Position numbers and translations under genes: made by a program
DNA from: a virus
Direction: 5' to 3' (one strand)
Length of the DNA stretch: 64,000 bases
IMG/VR virus record: IMGVR_UViG_3300005098_000017
Coordinates: 83,434-147,433 of that record
Shown: one piece after another, positions 58,177 through 64,000 of the stretch
How positions within the stretch are numbered: the stretch's first letter is position 1
Layout: each line of letters opens with the position of its first letter
Notes under the pieces: generated by a model
Database searches by the model: none
Told to the model about the DNA's origin: nothing
Seen by the model: the letters and a program-made list of their open reading frames with translations, nothing else

Positions 58177-59225
58177 TGTATAAGTATATTGACATAGAGG
58201 AAGTTGATAGCAATGTTATCCCCCTGTTTACGATGCATGGGCATATTATGCCGTGGGTTGTGCATAATGTTTTCGCTAGCGAGGAAGGTTATGCTGCAAC
58301 GGGTTATTACCTCCATCCATTCGATGTCAGCGGTATTAAATATTACTTTTACCACGAGCTTCCATCGATGCCATCTACATTAAGTGTTTATAGAATTGAT
58401 GGGGTGCCATTGATTGAGCATGTTGATTATGACTTAGTTGGCAATAGAGTTTATCTTGATTGGTATTGGAGGTATGAGTCTATTATTATTGAAGCTGACG
58501 GCGTGAAGTTGGCTGCTGATTGGATACCATATGAATTGTCAACGGAGCCGGTAGCTGATGCTAAGCGACACCATTTTCTTGTTCCTGTTGGAGATATAAT
58601 TGAATTTGATGGTTCGGAAGCGGGGCTTCACTATTACTATCCGCGTCTTATCCCTAGGAAGGTTTTGATGCCGCCTGTTTATTATGATAAGTTTGATTTA
58701 GTCTGGACGCCGCCTTCTGGTACTACGTTATATGTTAAAGCAAAGCGGAAGAGATTCATAATTTATCAAACGGTGCCATATGTGACGCTAGATTTGGCAC
58801 ACTATTATACATGGGATGGTTCTACATATGTTGAGCATGATGTTAGTGATGTGTTGTATTTTAGAAACACAGGAGAAATAAAATTTGATGATTATGTACC
58901 TTACGATGAAATAAGTTTCAAGGTTGTGTCTATTGATGGGATTGTTATGAATTTAAATATAAATCCTTCAAATCTTGAGTTATTGTCGAGGACTGAATTC
59001 ATGCCATCGTTTTTAGTTGGTTATACCATGGCATCTGATGCGTTTGTTGTGTCAGTTAGAGGATTTGACCACCGCATTCATTACTATGATTTTGGAGATA
59101 TCAAGTCTGAGTTACATGGTATTACTGATGTTTTTTGGTTATGTGAATATAGACTATTAGATCCTCTGAAACGGTTAATGATGGTAAGGCATGATGTCCA
59201 TCGAAGGAGAGGAGGGTATGTATAG
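58176..59225 (+). CDS. Hypothetical tail protein, 349 aa
   Basis: TAATG coupling; Tyr-rich; LIEHVDYDLVGNRV resembles fibre/baseplate beta motifs. Confidence 0.6.
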   Translation: MYKYIDIEEVDSNVIPLFTMHGHIMPWVVHNVFASEEGYAATGYYLHPFDVSGIKYYFYHELPSMPSTLSVYRIDGVPLIEHVDYDLVGNRVYLDWYWRYESIIIEADGVKLAADWIPYELSTEPVADAKRHHFLVPVGDIIEFDGSEAGLHYYYPRLIPRKVLMPPVYYDKFDLVWTPPSGTTLYVKAKRKRFIIYQTVPYVTLDLAHYYTWDGSTYVEHDVSDVLYFRNTGEIKFDDYVPYDEISFKVVSIDGIVMNLNINPSNLELLSRTEFMPSFLVGYTMASDAFVVSVRGFDHRIHYYDFGDIKSELHGITDVFWLCEYRLLDPLKRLMMVRHDVHRRRGGYV

Positions 59226-59637
59226 TATTGGCGAAACAGCCATTATACCGGTTTTATTTTTTGATGAATCATATAGTTTGATGGATCCTGTTGAATTGGA
59301 AGGGGAGTATGTTACCCTTACAGTATATCGTCTTGATGCGGCACCGTCTGTAGCAAAGTTCATTGATGATTTTAAATGGATACATACAGGAGCTGTGGGC
59401 TTATATGATCTGGAGGTTGTTGTTGAAGAAAATATATTAAGTGGTGGAGACTATTATATCGGAGCAACGAGATATGATGTGGGTATTTATGCATTGAAGG
59501 TTAAGCCGCGGCTTCCCGGTACTTATTATATCGTTGTAGAGGCTCATGCATCTGGCCTTGCTAGTGAATGTGTTTTACAAACCTTTACTGTAAGATTCAT
59601 AGAGAAGAGAGATCCATCATTATTATCAATGGAATGA
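59218..59637 (+). CDS. Small Ig-like hypothetical protein
   Basis: Start moved to ATG 59218 (SD GGAGG); terminal strands PGTYYIVVEA..QTFTVR. Confidence 0.6.
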   Translation: MYSIGETAIIPVLFFDESYSLMDPVELEGEYVTLTVYRLDAAPSVAKFIDDFKWIHTGAVGLYDLEVVVEENILSGGDYYIGATRYDVGIYALKVKPRLPGTYYIVVEAHASGLASECVLQTFTVRFIEKRDPSLLSME

Positions 59638-60038
59638 GTGAGCTATCAACAGCGCGCGGGCTTTACCGTATAGTAATATCATTACCTGATGATAAGTATA
59701 CGGCAACCATAAAACGATTTAAGGATTCGTTATTGTATGAGGAGTCAGTTAATCTTGAGAAGCTTGATACAGAAAAATATCTTCTAGAATTCGTTGATAA
59801 ATCGAGTGGTGACGGCTTGATATTTATCCAAGTTGTTAATTCTGTTGGTGATGTAGTGGCTTTTGAGGCTATTGGGGTGAGTGAGGTAAAAACGGATGTG
59901 TTGTGGTTAGTTGGTTATGCAGATACCCATGGTGTGCGTTATCCATTAGCAAAGGATGCATTTGTTATATTAAATCATAGTGATATACATTATCTGATAA
60001 GGAAGAAATTAAAAGGTAACAGGTTTGGGAGGTCATAA
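59634..60038 (+). CDS. Hypothetical protein
   Basis: Start moved to ATG 59634 (ATGA overlap); beta-rich. Confidence 0.6.
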   Translation: MSELSTARGLYRIVISLPDDKYTATIKRFKDSLLYEESVNLEKLDTEKYLLEFVDKSSGDGLIFIQVVNSVGDVVAFEAIGVSEVKTDVLWLVGYADTHGVRYPLAKDAFVILNHSDIHYLIRKKLKGNRFGRS

Positions 60039-60535
60039 TGAATGTTGCAGTTGATAGATTCGTTGTATTGCCTATAACATTTAGGACTGGTAGTGGGTAT
60101 GCTACATTAGACCCATCTGCAAATATAGATGTGGATATCACATATCTTCCGAGTTTCGATAGTGATGATGGATCAATAGCTGTTAGTACATATAATATTT
60201 TTAACCCCCTGAGTGATCCGAATGTTTGCATTTTATCCTTCCAATCGTCGAAGAGAGGCATCTATATGGTAAGGGTAACATATACGGGAGCTGAAACATT
60301 GTCAGAGCCTACGACCAAGTATTTTGTTGTAACATGTGGTAATGATTATGATCCACCACTAAAACATACATATGTATATAATCCTCTAACTGGTAATGTG
60401 TCTGAGGTTCATACAGATTATTACAAAGATAGTGAGAGTACTGAAACCATTTTCGAGAAGAAGGTTGTTGGCTTCGTTTATGAAGAGGATGGTGGTGAAG
60501 CGCGGCTTACTGAAGTAACAGATAAGAATGAATGA
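60038..60535 (+). CDS. Small Ig-like hypothetical protein
   Basis: TAATG coupling; RGIYMVRVTYTG strand pattern. Confidence 0.6.
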   Translation: MNVAVDRFVVLPITFRTGSGYATLDPSANIDVDITYLPSFDSDDGSIAVSTYNIFNPLSDPNVCILSFQSSKRGIYMVRVTYTGAETLSEPTTKYFVVTCGNDYDPPLKHTYVYNPLTGNVSEVHTDYYKDSESTETIFEKKVVGFVYEEDGGEARLTEVTDKNE

Positions 60536-60765
60536 TACGTAGGGAGAGAGAGACATATGCTGGGACTGTCTATGTAACTGGTATACCGCTGCCCCTGACA
60601 CCAAGAGCATTTGATGGATTATACATCGGGGGGCTTCTTTTGCCTTACTATGTCCCTAATGAGTTCTATGATCGATTGCAGACAAATGCTGTTAACTTTA
60701 TAAATTCTGTCTTTGACTTCTGGAGGCCGGCGGGCTTATGTCGCTACGTCTATTTGAAAGATTAG
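60532..60765 (+). CDS. Small hypothetical protein, 77 aa
   Basis: ATGA overlap; fills the gene chain; ends FWRPAGLCRYVYLKD. Confidence 0.55.
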   Translation: MIRRERETYAGTVYVTGIPLPLTPRAFDGLYIGGLLLPYYVPNEFYDRLQTNAVNFINSVFDFWRPAGLCRYVYLKD

Positions 60766-61949
60766 GTCTAGGAACAACTGATATAGATCGGACGATCGAT
60801 ATCCTATTAGAGTTGCGTGATGCGCTTCAACAGCTATCTAAGTGTGAGAAGCGCAAGCTATTAGAATCATATACTGATTTTGGTGGTTATCCATCTGATT
60901 TCAAGGAGCTTGTTGCCTTATTAACAAAAGTCGAGGCGTATGTTGAACTAATTGAGCAACGTTATCCTGCATTTAAACAGTTCATCGATGATGTTCTTCG
61001 GTCACTTTATGATGTAAGACATCTTACATCTAGTGCTGTTTTTTCCTATATAGATGGTATTAATATTGACTATTACCCAGCACCTCATCTATCATCTGTA
61101 ACTGAAGAGGTTGATGTTAATGACATAGATATTAATGTTGTACCTTATACAGAGGATATCGAAGTTGGTGAGCATTTTATTGCATGTAGTCTTGAGCGTC
61201 AGGATAACATACAGAAGATTATATTATCTTTTAAATCTCCTATAAAGGCAACACGGATATGGATGCCGATTTTTGGTGCTAAGGTTAAGAGGTTACTTAT
61301 TAATACAGTAAGCGCGGGCTTCGATTACTGGTATGGATACATTGTGCCAATCCATAGGGTTATTAATGCTGATGATAAGGTGACTATTATTGTTGAGATG
61401 ATGATGAAGCCGCGCTTTGAGGCTGTTAAAAAGCCGGCTGATGTGTGGAAACTATATAAAAAGCCTACTTGGATTGGAGACACGGTTATCTTGAAGCCGC
61501 GCTTGGTATTAGATATATCATCAGGCGCGGGGCTTCTTGAAACGACAACATTACCAATGGTATTCGGCGACAATGGTAGTATCGTGCCGTTTGTCAAGGT
61601 GAATGGAATTTATTTCCCTGCGATTGGTCGTGAATATAGTGGATTACCATTTCCATTTCACTATGATGGGCGGTATTATTATTTCCCTATTTATACATCT
61701 GGTGATTTCACATCTAGTACGCCTCTTATGGGATATCGTACTGAGTACAGGTTATTTAAATCATCATCGCTTCCGGAGTTATCATATGAGGTCGATTTTT
61801 CAGGTTTTACACACTGGGTTTTTTGGAATCCTTGGAAAAATAAAATTGAGGCATATCCTTCGGAGGGATTGTTTGCTATACCTCATCTTGAGAGCGAGCT
61901 GATTATGATGCCGCCTCCTCCGACGGAATTGCCAGAGGAGCATGAATAG
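60738..61949 (+). CDS. Hypothetical structural protein, 403 aa
   Basis: Long ORF with a helical N-terminus and beta-rich C-terminus. Confidence 0.65.
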   Translation: MSLRLFERLGLGTTDIDRTIDILLELRDALQQLSKCEKRKLLESYTDFGGYPSDFKELVALLTKVEAYVELIEQRYPAFKQFIDDVLRSLYDVRHLTSSAVFSYIDGINIDYYPAPHLSSVTEEVDVNDIDINVVPYTEDIEVGEHFIACSLERQDNIQKIILSFKSPIKATRIWMPIFGAKVKRLLINTVSAGFDYWYGYIVPIHRVINADDKVTIIVEMMMKPRFEAVKKPADVWKLYKKPTWIGDTVILKPRLVLDISSGAGLLETTTLPMVFGDNGSIVPFVKVNGIYFPAIGREYSGLPFPFHYDGRYYYFPIYTSGDFTSSTPLMGYRTEYRLFKSSSLPELSYEVDFSGFTHWVFWNPWKNKIEAYPSEGLFAIPHLESELIMMPPPPTELPEEHE

Positions 61950-61957
61950 AGGCTAAA

Positions 61958-62359
61958 ATGGCAATAGATATTGAATATAGAACATATGAACCACATGAGA
62001 TACCACGTGATATCAGTCCTATATGGGTCGCGCCCCATATTGGCGACTTCGATGCTTATAGTATTTATAACTATTATTTATCCTATGTTGTTGAGAAGGT
62101 TTTGAGGCTACCATATATTGATATTAAGGATGAGGTAGTACAACAGGGGCCGGGCTTATTCATCCCCGGTAAATATATCTTCCGTATCAAGCGTTTTATT
62201 GCTGATGATGCGGTGCCAATTTACAGATTAAGAAAGGGCATTATTTATGTTTATGAGGAGATTAATAATATTCAAGTTTTAGAGGCTATTGTTTTGGATG
62301 AGCTTAAGTATGCGGCGGGCTTAATCAATGATGGAACATTTGGACCTTATATAAAATGA
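61958..62359 (+). CDS. Hypothetical protein, 133 aa
   Basis: ORF in the chain; ATGA overlap with the next gene. Confidence 0.65.
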   Translation: MAIDIEYRTYEPHEIPRDISPIWVAPHIGDFDAYSIYNYYLSYVVEKVLRLPYIDIKDEVVQQGPGLFIPGKYIFRIKRFIADDAVPIYRLRKGIIYVYEEINNIQVLEAIVLDELKYAAGLINDGTFGPYIK

Positions 62360-63081
62360 AGGTTTACAGAAAAATAGATGCGTTTCCCGTAGGTGATGTT
62401 TTAACAGAGCTTTCTTCGATGATGTACAATGTAGACCAGACTGTTGGCCGTTTATCTCATGTTGTAGACCGCATTGATGGTATTTCTGATTTATTTGATG
62501 AATATATAAAATTATTACAGATAGTAGCGATTTATACAGAGGATCTTATAGGATTTGGGACATTTGAGAATATTCCCTTGGATGCTGTTGAAACGAATGG
62601 TACTGTGATAAATGGCAAACTCTATCCCTATGTTCCTGTTGATAGTAAGTGGATTGTTAAGACGACTGTTGAAGGTCATTTATATATGGATGGTAGTGAG
62701 GTACCGATACCAAGTGAGTGTGTTGCCGAGGGGCACATAGTGTTTTATGAGGGTGGTACAACAGAGGTATTAAATCCAACAAATGTTGGGATGCTATTTG
62801 ATCGTGATATAAGCAAAGCATATCATTTGGAGGTTGCTGTTCCTGTAAATTATGAAGGAAGGATGGCACGTATTGCTGATGCATTGTTTAAGATTAATTT
62901 GCAGCCAAGGGATGGCATGGTCTTCATTGGCGAGCTAAGGATTTATGTTAAAAGTGGTAGGATTAATGATATTTTAATTAATGGAGTATCAAGGATGGTT
63001 GATTTAAAGTTTAAGGAACCATACATGGTGTTAGAGGTTTTTGATGAGGTGGGAGATATATGGGTGCACCTAGTTACATAA
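62356..63081 (+). CDS. Hypothetical structural protein, 241 aa
   Basis: ORF in the chain; helical N-terminus followed by beta strands. Confidence 0.65.
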   Translation: MKVYRKIDAFPVGDVLTELSSMMYNVDQTVGRLSHVVDRIDGISDLFDEYIKLLQIVAIYTEDLIGFGTFENIPLDAVETNGTVINGKLYPYVPVDSKWIVKTTVEGHLYMDGSEVPIPSECVAEGHIVFYEGGTTEVLNPTNVGMLFDRDISKAYHLEVAVPVNYEGRMARIADALFKINLQPRDGMVFIGELRIYVKSGRINDILINGVSRMVDLKFKEPYMVLEVFDEVGDIWVHLVT

Positions 63082-63086
63082 GACGC

Positions 63087-64000
63087 ATGCTGGCGCCGGC
63101 TCCGTATGCTCCTGTTCCATTAGTTAAGCTTGATAGATCTATACAGGATAAGTTATGGAGTAATTTTTTTAATGATTATATAACAAAGGGGCATGATGAT
63201 TGGCGTTTAGCATTTTGCATATGTGAGGTAGTAGAAGGGCGGATTTATGGATTCCAATATTATGATTTTGGTGATGAAGGAGATTGGTGGGGGCCTCATA
63301 AAATATTGCAGGATTATAGCGATGATATCTATGCAAGCATATGGAAATATCTTGAAAAAAGCATTAGATTAGTGTATGTCTTGTTTGATCTAATACCTCA
63401 TAACGATGCTCGGTATGTTGGCAATTTTCAAGGCTCGGGAAGATTGGGTGGTATTCCAAGATTTTTTTATCTAGATGAAGATTCAACTTTTTTCCCATCT
63501 TCATTTAAGTTATTTTCTCCTACTAGATTTGCCGTAAGAGGTGGACGGTTTGGTTATGAGTCTCTATCGGATCCTTATTGGGTGTACTCTACTGATACAT
63601 TGTATGTGCATGGGGATGTCGTCTATAATCTCGATATACCTATTGGTAGTACACTGCAATATTTCTTACCATTTGTGCCATTATTGGGGAAAATTACAGG
63701 GGGAAAGTTGTGTGATGTTGATAACCAGAAGCTAATATGTCTTGATGACCAAAGGGGCGGGTTAAATCGTGGTGTTGGATGTATAAGGTCCGGTGTTGAG
63801 GACATAAGTGATGAAAGGGAGCCACTGAAGTTGTATGCATTCGATCTTATGAATGATATATCATGGGAGGATTTGTTATTTGAGGGAGGTTTGCCTTGTG
63901 TGGTACCAAGTAAGGTAAGAGTTGAATTTGTAAATGAGCCCCGGCCTATCAGTTGGGGTGAATTAGAGGGTACCACATGGTGGTATACGACAGCTCATCA
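63087..64000 (+). CDS. 5' part of a hypothetical protein running off the window (MLAPAPYAPVPLVKLDRSIQDKLWSNFF..)
   Basis: Translated by hand: open from ATG 63087 to the window end with no stop, so absent from the ORF track. Confidence 0.75.
   Translation, partial: MLAPAPYAPVPLVKLDRSIQDKLWSNFFNDYITKGHDDWRLAFCICEVVEGRIYGFQYYDFGDEGDWWGPHKILQDYSDDIYASIWKYLEKSIRLVYVLFDLIPHNDARYVGNFQGSGRLGGIPRFFYLDEDSTFFPSSFKLFSPTRFAVRGGRFGYESLSDPYWVYSTDTLYVHGDVVYNLDIPIGSTLQYFLPFVPLLGKITGGKLCDVDNQKLICLDDQRGGLNRGVGCIRSGVEDISDEREPLKLYAFDLMNDISWEDLLFEGGLPCVVPSKVRVEFVNEPRPISWGELEGTTWWYTTAH

Larger units (their letters stand above)
477..62323 (+). repeat. Dispersed short motif: a run of G/C bases ending GCTT(A/C), with variants CCTT and CCTC
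   Basis: About 150 copies including variants, tallied by eye, e.g. 477-488, 3746-3757, 20405-20418, 29450-29466, 54080-54095, 62312-62323. Confidence 0.85.

Noticed and set aside
477-62323. Dispersed motif as a CRISPR array, REP element or protein repeat
   Set aside because: Copies are only about 8-17 nt, degenerate, irregularly spaced, inside coding sequence and in all three frames; there is no repeat-spacer structure
94-63976. Many minus-strand ORFs and short alternate-frame plus-strand ORFs in the track
   Set aside because: All lie inside long + strand genes and have Ser/Ile/Phe-rich shadow composition; they are by-products of codon bias
1-64000. Stop-codon reassignment
   Set aside because: TAA, TGA and TAG (e.g. 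21339, 59225, 61949) all end genes at tight junctions, and coding density is already near complete under the standard code
1-64000. Archaeal virus or cellular contractile injection system (eCIS/T6SS)
   Set aside because: The peptidoglycan amidase, sigma70 promoter and intrinsic terminator argue for a bacterial host; terminase, portal, protease and capsid genes show a true phage
1-64000. tRNA/rRNA genes, integrase, reverse transcriptase or diversity-generating retroelement
   Set aside because: Intergenic gaps are too short for RNA genes, and no such protein motifs or template/variable repeat pairs were seen by eye

Overview
The whole window is one co-directional (+ strand), tightly packed virion morphogenesis region of a large contractile-tailed (myovirus-type) dsDNA bacteriophage, roughly 40% GC by eye. 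Gene order: four very basic small proteins, terminase large subunit (with intein), two unknown proteins, portal (with intein), prohead protease/scaffold, probable head decoration protein, major capsid protein, neck genes, an oversized tail sheath, a standalone T9SS C-terminal-domain-like gene, three tail-tube-like paralogues, two probable chaperones, four giant proteins (1943, 2353, 1797 and 1337 aa), baseplate genes and a run of acidic beta-rich distal tail genes. Main observations: (1) the 2353-aa protein at the tape-measure locus carries, in the expected order, motifs of a single-chain two-barrel RNA polymerase (K-x6-KG ending in QKG, R-x-P, GDWDTD), fused behind a DnaQ/DEDDh exonuclease domain and bracketed by hydrophobic segments, so it is a candidate virion-delivered RNAP; (2) a GC-run + CTT(A/C) motif recurs about every 400 bp in all reading frames; (3) a lone T9SS sorting-domain-like gene sits between sheath and tube. 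A near-consensus sigma70 promoter, a Rho-independent terminator, SD sites and a peptidoglycan amidase domain indicate a bacterial host. All assignments are from motif reading and synteny; no database search was run.
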